From the NCBI GenBank assembly GCA_051362555.1, contig CM120646.1:11470001-11534000 (forward strand): DNA of 64,000 bases, given 5' to 3'. Origin of the DNA: Lingula anatina. Lineage: Eukaryota > Animalia > Brachiopoda. Below, in pieces: positions 1 through 12,600 of this stretch (the stretch's first letter is position 1; each line of letters opens with the position of its first letter). The translations under genes and the position numbers were made by a program. Under the pieces are notes generated by a model that was not told the origin of the DNA, did no database searches, and was given only the letters and a program-made list of their open reading frames with translations.

Positions 1-1674
1 CACACACTCGCTCACAAAATAACTGCTTCATACAGAAGACTGCCATTATTTTTACAACGTTAAACTTGTAAGTGATTAATTAAAGAAAAAAAAAAAACAG
101 TGATGATTGAATTTGCAAAGTGGGTAAACGTTTCCACTGCTGTACACGTACATGTATGTTCCTTTTTGGGGTTAGACGATGGCGTACTTTTTTATCCATA
201 GTTTCAAGAGAGTGATACTTTGCTACAAACTTCTTCATGTGGGACCATAATAAAATAATAAAATATAGTTTGTAATCTGTGCACTAAATATTCTAAGAAC
301 ATGCCTGTGGCCTCATGTGCCGCACTAAATTAAAAATTCAATTATCGGTAGAAACATTTTTGTAATATCAGGTAAAAGATGCACTTTAAAATGCCCTTTA
401 TTGGTTAGAGATGTGTAGTTTGTGAAATCGCATATAGATAATCTCTTCATTCTGGTGAAATATAGGGCAATGTCTTTTTAAAACAAATTGGTGTTTATAC
501 AACTATACCTTTATGTGTGTCTTTTTTCTCTTATCTTTCTTTTACCTTCATGGTCTTTGGGAAAGCGCAGTTAGTTTAAGCACCCTTAATAGACCCAGAC
601 GAGTTACGTGCTGCACCTACAAAATTAAAAATAAAAACAATTTAACTATAATTAAAAGAACTGTTTGAAAAGCGAAGGTGGAAGATTACAGTTAAGAAGC
701 CGCGAGTATAAGAAAACTATTACAGATTACCAGTATAAACTCTTCCATTCAAATTAAATTAAAGTTATTCTTACTATCACAGTATCTTTGTCCGTTTATA
801 TATATTTTTACGAATATCATAAACTATACAATTAAATTTCTGTGCCTAGCTGTACCTCTTCACACATTATTGTGTTCATTTTTTAAATTAATAATACTCC
901 TAACCTTTCCATTCGAGACAAAGGCAAACGCATTTTTAAAGTGTGTATGTGTATGTTTGAGAAAGGGCTCCATGAGCTAACTATTTAGCCGCAAACATTA
1001 TCTGTGAATATCTAGTGAAAAACCAATTAATGGACCTGGTACAGGGTACATCAAGACTATAAAACATCATTGGGACTAAGATAATTTTCCACGATAAAGT
1101 CGTTCATGATCATGAAAGCGTTTCCCCTTATACCACCGTGAACAGGTAGATGTCTTTAGCTGTAGGCAGATCGAAAGGCTTTCTTAAGTGAGCCCAGCAC
1201 ACTTAAAGTATCTGTTATACAAAGTTTAAATACAATGTACCTCTGCTGAGAAAAAAAAATATGTAACATTTAGGATTTCGTCGCTGTCATTCATAAAAAT
1301 TCAAACGGATTATTTACCCTCTCGGCATAGTGTTGTTGGTCGTGACAGAGGGGGATTGTTTGGTTGTTGAATAATTTATTTAAGTACAATATCGATTAGG
1401 GGAGAATAAAAGTGCACAAAGGAGGTACACAGATGATTCAAATACCTTTGCTAGTGCTTTGTTTGTTTTACTTTTTGGCGTATTCACGCGTAGCACTGTC
1501 AGGATAAATCAATCGCCCAAGGTTAACGCCATGGTGTTTTTCTTATGTAACTTGAGCATGTAATAAAAGGGCAAGCTCTTTTTGTAAATCGTTAAAATGA
1601 ATCCTAGGTAGCATCACGCCAACACCTCTGATAATTTTTATGAAACTTTCCACGCACATCTAACTTGGTTTCAG

Positions 1675-2821
1675 CTAGTCATTTGGCAGGGGCTTTGCTA
1701 GATGACCCAAATACCGTGTTTGTGCGAGAAAATGGAACTGCCAAACTCCATTGGACACTGTTTATTGGGGAAAATGCAGGCTTGGCGTCGGTTCTCGCCA
1801 TGATCAAAAAGAGAGATACCCCCGGTACTCCGCTTTGTCAGTGGGTGAAGTTACGTGCACACGGGGAGGACAACCATTGCGACCGAGGATTGAACTTAAC
1901 AATCACCCCAGAACATATGCGTGTACCAGGTCCAACGAACATTACTGCTACGTTTTCCTTTAAGAACAAGGGGCGTGTCGATGATGGGATCTACGAGTGT
2001 CGTTTTGTGATTGACGAAATGTGGCACGAGATGCAAGTGTACCCGAGATATCTAGTGACAACGGGTAAGTTACTTGTGCGTTTAGTCCAGATGTTTGCAT
2101 TTGCTAGTATGTTATATGGTTGTTTTTTTATCAAAAGCATCAGATCCGATTCTTTAGTTTTATATAAAAGTGTAATTAATATATCACACTAAGCAATCCA
2201 TAAAGCAATTAAAGTCATAATAATTCTTCGTTTTGGGACAGATTTCTTGAGACAGATTGATGCTGACGCTCATGCATGTCAATCAAACAAACAATACTTT
2301 AGTTCAATTTTCGACTGCGGAAATTTCATATTGGATGAAATAACTGTTAACAAATTTAACTAGCAGTTTGTAAGCAACACAAAATCATAATCAGCTGCGC
2401 GTGCCAAACTAGTGAACAAAAGGACAGTTCGCTACGCGAGGCACGCGTTAGCATGGGTTCTAACCTCTTAAAGCTATAATCCTATAGCTGCAACAAACAA
2501 TGGGGACCTTCTGGCTGATGTATCACGCTGTTAATTACACCTAGTTACATCGGATTGTCTTGTCGCGCTGGACCACAGAAACCGGTGTCATGGGGTTCAC
2601 TCGTCTTAAGTATTGTGTTATTCCACCTAAGCTATTGTGTTTGTGCGTTCGAATTTTGAAGGGATTTATACGGCCCTCCAATGTTTGTCCGCCCCTTTCT
2701 ACTCACAAGATAGGGATTAAAACATTTCGAACGTTGTTACACCGGTGTACAACGGAAACAAAATTATTACTACCACGTATATAGCCATTTTATGCCTTTA
2801 TTATTCAAGTCTTGTTTCTGC

Positions 2822-2881
<60 letters not shown>

Positions 2882-3413
2882 AAAAAAAAACAAACAAACT
2901 ATACGTACGATGTGAATGGGGTTATTATGGAAATAAATGCTTGCCTGAATACAGGTATACACTAGTAGAAGAGGGTGATAATTAAACAATTTTTTTCGAT
3001 TAGTCCTCTATATGAGTCTGTAATAGTGGCAGCTTTTAAGTTAAAATAGCATTAAACCGTATCTTTTTTCTCAGTTGAACCAATTGTGACCTTGAATGCG
3101 ATTAACAACAACCCATTCATCACCGGCATCATCTGCCATGTTAGAGGTGGCCGTCCAAAGCCTGTTGAAACGATCCTTGTAAAGAATGGAACCGAAATAT
3201 CTCGCTCCAGACTTAAATGGCAAGAAGAAGCAGGGGACACAGATGGCGATGAGGCATCTTATTGCTCTTCAGTCCATTCTGTTGAAAACTCAGGTGGTCA
3301 GTTCAAGTGTAGAGTGGAACATGCCGATTACTTTTTTGACAGTTCCGAAGTGGACATCCCATTTAGAACACAAGGTGAACATGAACAGTGTAATTTCATA
3401 ATATTTCAATCTT

Positions 3414-3461
<48 letters not shown>

Positions 3462-4311
3462 AAATAAAAGTGATATTTTATTGAAATTATATCAATCGTC
3501 AAATCAATCGTTGTAATTTTAATTTTATATAAAATAATAAAACTATTTTATAAATTTTATATAATATTTAGCATATATTTCACTTCCTTTTTTGTTATTG
3601 GACAAATCAAAAATTTGTGAAATTTTTTTCTATATTCATATAGCCATTTAAATGTATTTATTATGCTAGTCTTTTTTTCTGCATTACTGTGTTTATAAAA
3701 AAAACTATATATACGATGTAAGTGGGGTTATTGTGAAAATAAATGCTTGCCTGAATACAACAACAAACTTAAAGAAACGCTCTAGACTTCAATGCCAAAG
3801 AGAGGTATTTGATACACATGACAATCTTATTGCTCTTCAATCCATTCTGTTAAAAACTCAGGCGGTCAATGTAAGTGTAAAGTGGAACATGCTGAGTACG
3901 TGGTTGACAGCGCAGAAGTTCAGAACATTTAACATTTAGAACAAAAGGTGAACCTGAGGAGTGTATTTCATATATTACAATCTCTTTCTCTCATATTGCA
4001 TGATGTTGGTAATATTTTAAACAGAACTAAAACTTATATTTACTTCAAATATCATTAATTATCATGGGCAATTTTTTCATCTCATTTTAGTAACCAATTC
4101 CATTAATTCTTTTCAATCTTTTAAACTATCGTCACCGACAGAAAATGAAACAAGTGCTCCATGGCATGAGATGAATGACAGAGCATTTGCAGTCAATACA
4201 GCGGTTAGTGTTATAGTAACACTTACATCAATTATATTTGTCCTTATTGTACCTGTAGTGGTACTTGTGTACCTACTATTGAGGCAAAGACGGACACACC
4301 AAAACGTTACG
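1675..4311 (+). CDS. IgSF receptor gene A (partial): V-like exon 1675-2064, C2-like exon 3075-3374, stalk/TM exon 4142-4311; signal exon upstream of the window, tail exon unresolved
   Basis: Canonical AG/GT boundaries in phase 1 (ttggtttcag|CT..ACGG|gtaagt; ttctcag|TT..CAAG|gtgaac; gacag|AA). V exon has DDGIYEC. C2 exon has ICHVRGGRPKP..FKCRVEH. TM is AVSVIVTLTSIIFVLIVPVVVLVYLLL followed by RQRR. Clear paralogy with B, D and E. Confidence 0.85.
2825..2877. repeat. (TA)n microsatellite
   Basis: Direct reading. Confidence 0.95.
3700..3960 (+). pseudogene. Degenerate partial duplicate of the C2 exon with part of its upstream intron, inside gene A intron
   Basis: 3706-3760 resembles 2897-2953. 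3777-3950 resembles the 3' two-thirds of the C2 exon (SRLQCQ..SGGQCKCKVEHAEYVVDSAEV) including the donor AAAG|gtgaac. The acceptor and 5' part are deleted and the frame is shifted. Confidence 0.75.
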
Positions 4312-6613
4312 GTAAGCTTTACTCATTTCAGTTTGACATTTGTGAAATAAACTCATTTTATAGATCGGTAAGATGCTGCATCCATTTTCTGTTTCAATGA
4401 AGCTTCGTTGTAGAATAACAGAGTTAAAATTGTGCATGGTGAACAAGTTAAGGGCATTTCAGTGAAGGCCGTACTGGATTATAAATAGTTCATGCGATGA
4501 TTTCGCATGGTCATTCCTATCAATCGGTTCGGATACATTACACTCACGCATAGCGTCAAAATGTGATGGGGCTACTGTAAATATTTCAGGTGCCGGGGCG
4601 GTAAAAGCTACTTGATTTGTGGACTTAACTCGGGAAACGGTCAAGCGTAAGTGCTTCCTGGCATTGTGCATGTGGAAAACAATGCACCTTGTGGAGGAAC
4701 ACAACCTCCTGTCTTTGATGATGATGATAGATTAAAGCATAACAAGCCAGGGTTTTCCGCCAAATACTCATGTTTAATGAATTTTCACGATAATGGCATT
4801 TTTCTCCGACTTACCAACTTTCAATCTTCCCTTTCTAAGAACCAGTAAAATCCAGGCTTGGAAAATAAAACGATCCACATGGCAACCGATATATTTTAAT
4901 CTGAATTATTGCGCGTTTGAAGAACGCGAAAAAAATCGATGGAGAATTGCAATTAAAAAAATGAAAAGAAAGAAAAAAGAAGGAAAAACTGTACATACTA
5001 GTAGATATTTGGAAGGTAGAGCATCGGAATTGGCTTTAAACGCTGTTAAATTGGTGATCAACTTTAATCATTATAGTTTTATCCACGCCGTGATTCATAC
5101 CAAGGAATTTTGGATTCTTCAAATAGCGATGACGAGAATGGATGTGGAAGCGATGCACCAGAATACAAATTGCCAGGAGTGAAAAAGTAATCAGCACCTT
5201 TAATAATGATAATAATAATGATAATAATAAAACAAAAGTGTGCCACAGCTGATGCAACTGTCCAAATTCAGGAATGCATGTGTGAAAACAGGTTTAATCA
5301 GAGGAGTCCAATATGCATAAAGATGAAATAGCGTGAAATACTGAGAAAACAGGAAAGAGGAGGAGAGAAAATAAAAACTACGGTGGTAACTCTTATTACT
5401 GTTGCGTTTCTGTGTGCGTTTGTTCAGTTGTTGTTGAAATATTGTATTATCATTACCAAATTTGCAATCGGAGGTTTGAATAATTACAATCATTGCAGCA
5501 TAGTTGAATAAAACCATTAGTAAGTAAGAATAAAGATATATTAAAAGACATATGTAAACAAATTTAAGACAAAATATCTAAAATGCAAGGTTGAAAAAGT
5601 ATCAGTTAATTCTGAAACTTGTATATGGCACTTGTTAAAAAGTCATTCATTGATCGTTTGGTTTTAATTTTAGGTCTTTTGAATGTTTCCTATTCCCTTA
5701 AGGAATATTTGACATTTTGTTTTGGTTGTAAAAGATAATGCAGTCTATGATCCGGTTGATTTGATATACTAATAAACAATTTTACATCCATTGAGCCGTC
5801 TTTCAATCAGTAGTTCATGTTTACCATGTTCACAAGCAGCGTCATATTCAAGATCGGGATAAATTATCTTAAGAGCTGTTTCTTTAGACTTTTCTACTAG
5901 GGTGGTCAATTCATTCGTTATCTCAAAGTGCCAGATTTGAATTATTATATAAAGGCAAATATTCCATATTCATACGGACAGCACATGCACATTCAGTATA
6001 TGCACATACCAATTGCAGTAGAGAAGACAACAGTCACACTGAAAACGCATAGGTAAATAAATAAATGTGACGCAAAACGTGTCTTGCCAAAATACGTACG
6101 TCTAAGAGTTTATCGCGGTATTACTACCGATGTCAGAGTGGGATTTACAAACGATGAACGGGACGATGTAACCTAGGACGTTTTGTGTAAGTGGAGTGAG
6201 TTTTGCGTGATTTATTGGCTGTATCTATTTTATTTAGAATTTTTGAAGCGAGTGGGGTTGTTTTTTTTTCATAAGCTCACTCTTTTTTATTGACTCTATA
6301 GGGGCCTATGGGGATTTAACGACATTCGTTTTGAAAATTTCAAGCGATTTTTGCTTTAGGAAGACCGGTAATATTTTAGTGATCTCTCCCCCCCCCCCCC
6401 CGCCCCCACGCGTTGTCCCTCGACCGGTTGATTGAGCTTCCTTTCGTCCTTTCGTGTAGGTCCGCGGTATTTAGATAGCGGCCTTACTAGACCTCGGCTT
6501 TTTTCGTAGTGAATGCTGCCAAGGTGAAAGTCAGGAGTGTGATTTCATTTCCAAGTAGAGAAATTATGCGTTGTGCTAGGCCTATTGGAGTTTTTTTGCT
6601 AACATTGCAGAAT

Positions 6614-9600
6614 ATGTTTCAGTTATTTTCCATTTACTTTAAAAGCAGAATCAAACTGGAGAAGGTGAAACAAATACATAACGTTTACTGGTTGATACTG
6701 GTAATACTAGGTAAGATCAATATCAATTTTATCGATGCACTAGTTCTGTATGTCAACATTGGATTGAATGGTGCTGCAAGAAATTGAGTCTTTTGAGTTT
6801 ATGAAAGTGTATGCCTCTGTAGACGTTAATTGTATCTTAAAAATAAGAAAATATGAGAAACAGATATACCTGTATAGACACAAGTACTGGTAACCTTACA
6901 TTCTGCATTGAAACGCATCATTTACCCTGTCTGCATAGTGTTGTTGGCCGTGACGGCGGGTGGGTTGTTGAATGGTTTAAATGCAATATCGATTTTTGTT
7001 GAAAAAAACCAGCAGGCACGCGACATTGCTTCAAAGTTTTAATATTCAATGCTGGTCTACATTGATTCGCCATAAGATTTATCAACATTTACCATAAGTT
7101 GATTACATACTGATTTTAAGATGACACAAACAACATTGATTTTAAATTTCTATATTCATATTGTAAATTGTATATAAGAAAACTGCTATAAATTAAATGG
7201 AATTACATACACTGTATATATTTCTGTATACAAAAACATGGCATAAAATAGGAAGTTACCTTTAAAAAGATTTCTGATGAACATTTTAATATTGTTAATT
7301 GTTAAAACAATATGTCCAAAAGTAGTTTTCCAATGAGAATTCTAATAAAAACTTTTCATTTTGTTGTGTTCACAAAATTAAAATCTAGCCTAAAGGAAAA
7401 TTTAGCAAATTTCAAATTATATCTCAACTTCACATCGCTGTGGTCGCAGTCCCTCTTGTGATTTCGTGATAGTTTGATATTTCTGATGTAATATTTGGGT
7501 CTCGAATGGAAAAAAACGTGTAGTTTATTCAGTACTGATTTTACTGTCTAAATTGTGTTTTATCACAATAATCAGTGACAATAATCAGTGAAAAGCAAAC
7601 TTAAGTCGCTCAAAAAAAAAAAAAAAAAAAAAAATGCTCCACACACTCGCTCAAAAAATAACTGCTTCATACAGAAGACTGCCATTTTTTTTACAACGTT
7701 ATACTTGTAAGTGATTAATTAAAGAAAAAAAACAGTGATGATTGAATTTGCAAAGTGGGTAAACGTTTCCACTGCTGTACACGTACATGTATGTTTTTTT
7801 TTTCCTTGTGTCAGCTTTTATTTACCAGGAATGAATCAATACAACATATTTGGAACATGATACAAGAAAATAAGAAATGTATCACCAGAAACAACTAAGT
7901 ACGAAAAACCTAAAAAAAAAAAAAAAAAAAAAAAACTTTTTTTTTTCCAGAATATACCAAAAATACACTAAATAATAACTAGGATAATTAACTAAACCTC
8001 TCACTCCCATACACGCACACATGCCTCTCACATTTGGAGCAACTACATAGTATTATCATTGTGACTTTGCCATTTCTATCAAGGTATAAAAAATAAAAAT
8101 GTAGTATACTATCACTTTTTACAACTACTATTTACAGAAAGGTAGACAATAGGCTAATAAGTCTAAGATACAAGGCTTTTTTTTTTTAGCCGTAATAAAA
8201 TAAGTATATGGATATATAAAAATACTAGTGTGAAGAAAAAAGAAACAAAGTGTAGACTTAATATAAATTACATTTTTAATGGACAGAATGGGAAACCCCA
8301 CATGTTTTAATTTTCGAAAATTAGCTTCACGTTCTCCCATTTCTCTGTGATTTCTAATCTTTTTTTCTCAGTCCGTAAATAATTGGAATATGTGTCTATA
8401 TCTCTATATGATTTTATAAATGTTTTTGTGTTTTTCCAGTTAGGGATTTCCAATTTTGTCCTACAGAGAGTAATATATTTTTTGATTAGAAGGATGACAA
8501 GATATATACCGGGCAATTGCTTATTCAGAGTACCCAGTACAAAATATTCTAGTTTTCTTTCTATCGTGAGTCCGCAATGTTTTTTCAAACTTCTGATCAA
8601 ACATGTCCAAATATTTTGCACATGGACACAGTCCCAAAATAAGTGTTTCAGTGTTTCTTTTGACAAATGACAAAAGGTACATTCTGCTGACTCCCTTCGT
8701 TTGCTTTTGTATAGAAAAGAATTTGTACAAAAAATCTTGTGGTTAATTTTAAACTGGAGGGCTTGTAGTCGAGTATCGTCGGTTTGTTCAAACGGTGCCC
8801 CAAAAATCGCCCCCCATATATCATCGTCGCTATGGTAATGCAGAGTGGACTCCCAGCGATTCTGATATCTGGGCACGTCCTTTTAAGGAACAATTTATAA
8901 AATACCTGTGATACTTTTTCATTCATCTGAATCAGTGAAATGTTTTCGTTTCTAGCTTCTGTTATGTTCTGACCATATGCCTTAATTAGTTTTCTCCAAT
9001 TTTGTGGTACGGAGTTTCTTATACTTAAGTGTTCGAGAAAGTTAAAGTTAGATTGATATTTTGCATTGATCTCATCTATAGTGTAAAACTCGCCTGAGAC
9101 ATTAATCAAATCGCATATAAAAAAGACACCTTTATCACACCACCTTTTCCAATAATAGGGGACATCATTAATTCTCACGTTTTCGTTATACCAAATAGGT
9201 TGTGATAAAATGTCGCTTGTCGACTCTGCGGGGCTATCTTGTAATTCTGCCCATGCAGAAGTAACGTTTTTCCAAAATGGATTGAAAATAAATTTTGTTT
9301 GTGAAAGGCCATTTTTCGTGAGATACCAAAAATTACGTCCCCCAATTTTTTCTAGGTTTTTCTTCAAAAGTACTTTCCATGCGCTGCTATGATTATCATT
9401 TAGATACTTTTTTACCCACGTAATTTTTAGGGATTTTGCTAAAAGCCTAAAGTCAGGAGCGCGCAGTCCTCCCTCTTCGTAATTTCTTTTCATGGTTGAT
9501 CTTTTTACTTTATCAATTGCGCTTCCCCAAATAAAAGCAAAAGTTATTTTTTCTAATTCCTTGAAGAAGATTTCCTCGGGAGTTGGTAAAACTGTGAGCA

Positions 9601-12600
9601 TTTGTATTAGCAGTGGCATAGCAATCGTTCGTACTACTACTATTTTACCTATCAAGGATAAAGTTCTAAAGGACCAATCATCGAGTACTTTTTTGTATTT
9701 ATGAAGTTTTTCAGAGAAGTTTTCATGGTATATATCTTCTTTGGACAAGTCGTATTTTATACCTAGGAGCTTGAATTTTCCTTCAAGATTCCATTTTAGT
9801 TCTAGTTTGGTTTTCATTGTTTCCCTTTCCCCCCTTTTTGATCCAATCCAAACTGTCTCAGTTTTATTAAAATTGGTGCGTAGTCCAGAACATTCTGCAA
9901 ATAAGGTTATGATCTCCATAGTTTTTTCCAGCAAAACTCTGTCATCACTTAATATAACCGTAGTGTCGTCTGCGTACTGACTTAGTAGATATTCATTTCC
10001 CTCGATAGTAATTCCTTTTATTTCTTGCTCATGCTTTAGTGCCGAACTGAGTAATTCCAATGATAAGATAAATAGATATGGGGACAAAGGGTCACCTTGT
10101 CTTACTCCTCTTTTGATATCAAAGAAATTGGACAAATGTCCGTTATTTTGTATTGAACTTGAAATATCCTTATATAGTGTTCTAAACCATCTAACTATTT
10201 TTTCCCCAAAATTATAAAAGTGAAGTGTTTTTTCAATGAAAACCCATTCCAAAGAATCGAAAGCTTTTTCCATGTCAAGTAGTAGTAAAACTCCGGATAT
10301 GTTTTCTTTTTCAGTTTTTTTCTATCAAATCGTTCACTAACCGAGTGCACTCCCCAATATATCGGCCTTTTAGAAATCCCAACTGCGTTTCACTTATAAT
10401 TCGACTGAGAAAAGGTTTTATTTTGTTTGCGATACACGCGGACGCAATTTTATAGTCGACGTTTAATAAACTTATAGGTCTCCAATTATTTAAATATTCT
10501 TTCTTTTTCTCCCCCTTCGGTAGACATGTTGTCAGACCTTGTCTTTGAGATATGGACATGCTTTGTATTTCGTATGAGTATCGAAACGATCGTAATAAAT
10601 AGTGTTTTATGTCAGGCCAAAACATCTTATAAAATTCAGCGGTGAAACCGTCAATTCCTGGAGATTTACCGTTTGGCATTTGTTTCAAAGCGGCTAGGCA
10701 TTCTTGTTCTGTAATGTTCGCGTCTATATTTTCATTTTCTCGCGGGAGTTTAGTGATATAGGGATTTTTATCGTTAAAGAAAATGTCAGAATGTTTTTTA
10801 ATGATTTTAGTACCTTTTGAGGAGTATAAATCTGGATAGTATCTTTTCTGTTCATTGACAATATCCTCAATTGCTTTAATTTCGGTTCCATTTTTAAGTA
10901 TTAGTTTAGGAATGCTTTTATCAACATAGTTTCGTTTTTCCAAATTACAGAAATACTTCGTACTTTTTTCACCCTCTACTTTCCACTTCGCTTTTGTTCT
11001 CATTATTATACCCTTTATTCTGTATTCTCTTAACTCTTTAAGTTCTGATTCCACCTTAAATATTTCACCCTTATCCAAATTTGTTCCAGTTGTAGCATAT
11101 AAGATTTTTAGTCTTTCTTCTAGGTCTTTTTCAGCTTTTTCTCTCTCTTTCTTTTTCTGTGTGGAATATCGAATCGAGTTGCCTCTTATTTTGAGTTTCA
11201 ACATCTCCCAAAGCAAGTGATCATTTATACTATACAAAGTTTCTGGATATTCAACAGTGTTTTCTGTTCTATAGTCATTTAAGACTTGTGTAATCGTTTC
11301 TTTTACTAGCAAGATGTAGTTTGGGTCTCCCAATAGACTGTTATTTAATTTCCACGTCCCTTTGCCTCTTTTCTGATTAATAAATCTAAATTCTATTGAT
11401 ATTGGTGAATGGTCAGAGCGGTATGCTAAATCAATGTCAGAATCAACTAAGTATTGCTGTAAGTCGGCCGAGATAAGAAAATAATCTAGGCGACTTTGTT
11501 TGTGATGAGGGCCATGCCACGTATATTTGTTTTCGTAAGGGTGTTGCTCTCTCCATCATCAATCAAATCAAAAGTATTCATTAGTGATTGGACAGTTTTA
11601 TTAGACTTTTCATTATTTTTATTCATGTAATTTCGCGTGTCCCTTACGTAATCAAGCGGAACATTCCAGTCACCGGCGATAATAATTGTAGTATTTCCAA
11701 GTGTGCTTAGTTTCCGTTCGATGTTTTTGAAAAATTCCGGTGAATCACTGTTAGGTCCATAAATTGCCGCGAGCGAAAGGCGCGTTTCTTGTACAGTTAT
11801 GTCCATGATGACAAAGTTCCCCTCAGGGTCTAATATCTTACTGTGTATTTTATATTGAAACGAATTTCGGAGAAGCACCATTACTCCCCTGCTTTTTGAA
11901 GAGAATGAACTAAAAATTACATTTCCACCCCATTCATTTCTCCACATATCTTCGGCATTTTTCCCACTGTGTGTATCTATTAGCAGGGCTACGTCATATT
12001 TTTTCCTACACTTGTCAAAAAAGTCTCTCCTTTTTACTTGATCTGAGCTCAACCCCCTGCAGTTCATGCACCCTATTTTAATACTCGCCATGTTCAATAA
12101 TTAGCAATAGGTAATGGTTATTATACTGGTGGTACCTTATCTGGTGTAAATAGTGATTTCTTATGAAACAAATTATCGTCTCTTGTATTCGAGTCCAGTA
12201 TGCTCCCACATCCATACACTTAAACATACATACAACATTACACGCCACATAGAGGTTACACTTACACACAATATTCTTCATGGCTGACTCAATTACCAGC
12301 TAGAAAAACCAGTGTCCATCGGTCAATACGATGCATAAGCATATATTTATAGTTAGTTCAATACACCGAATAAATGACATCTTGTTTATTTTCTTTCTTT
12401 ATCTTTTCGTCTATTATGTCAAATATATCAAATTTAATCTTGGTCTCGCTATTCTTTGCTTTTCCATAAACGTTCCCGTTGAAAAACCAGGCTTGTTCAA
12501 TTGACTCATTTTCATTCAGCCTGTGTAGAAGTTCGATATTTAATTTCGTCACATCGTCTGCAAATTTGATTCCTTTTCCGGACTTCTTCACAGCTGATCG

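Noticed and set aside
2801-3502. ORFs with YIYI, VCVC or THTH runs (also 16674-16868, 30900-31115, 46334-46528)
   Set aside because: Translations of microsatellites or antisense shadows of real exons.
4651-5182. Cytoplasmic exon(s) of gene A from the listed ORFs
   Set aside because: No similarity to paralog tails and no convincing in-phase acceptor.
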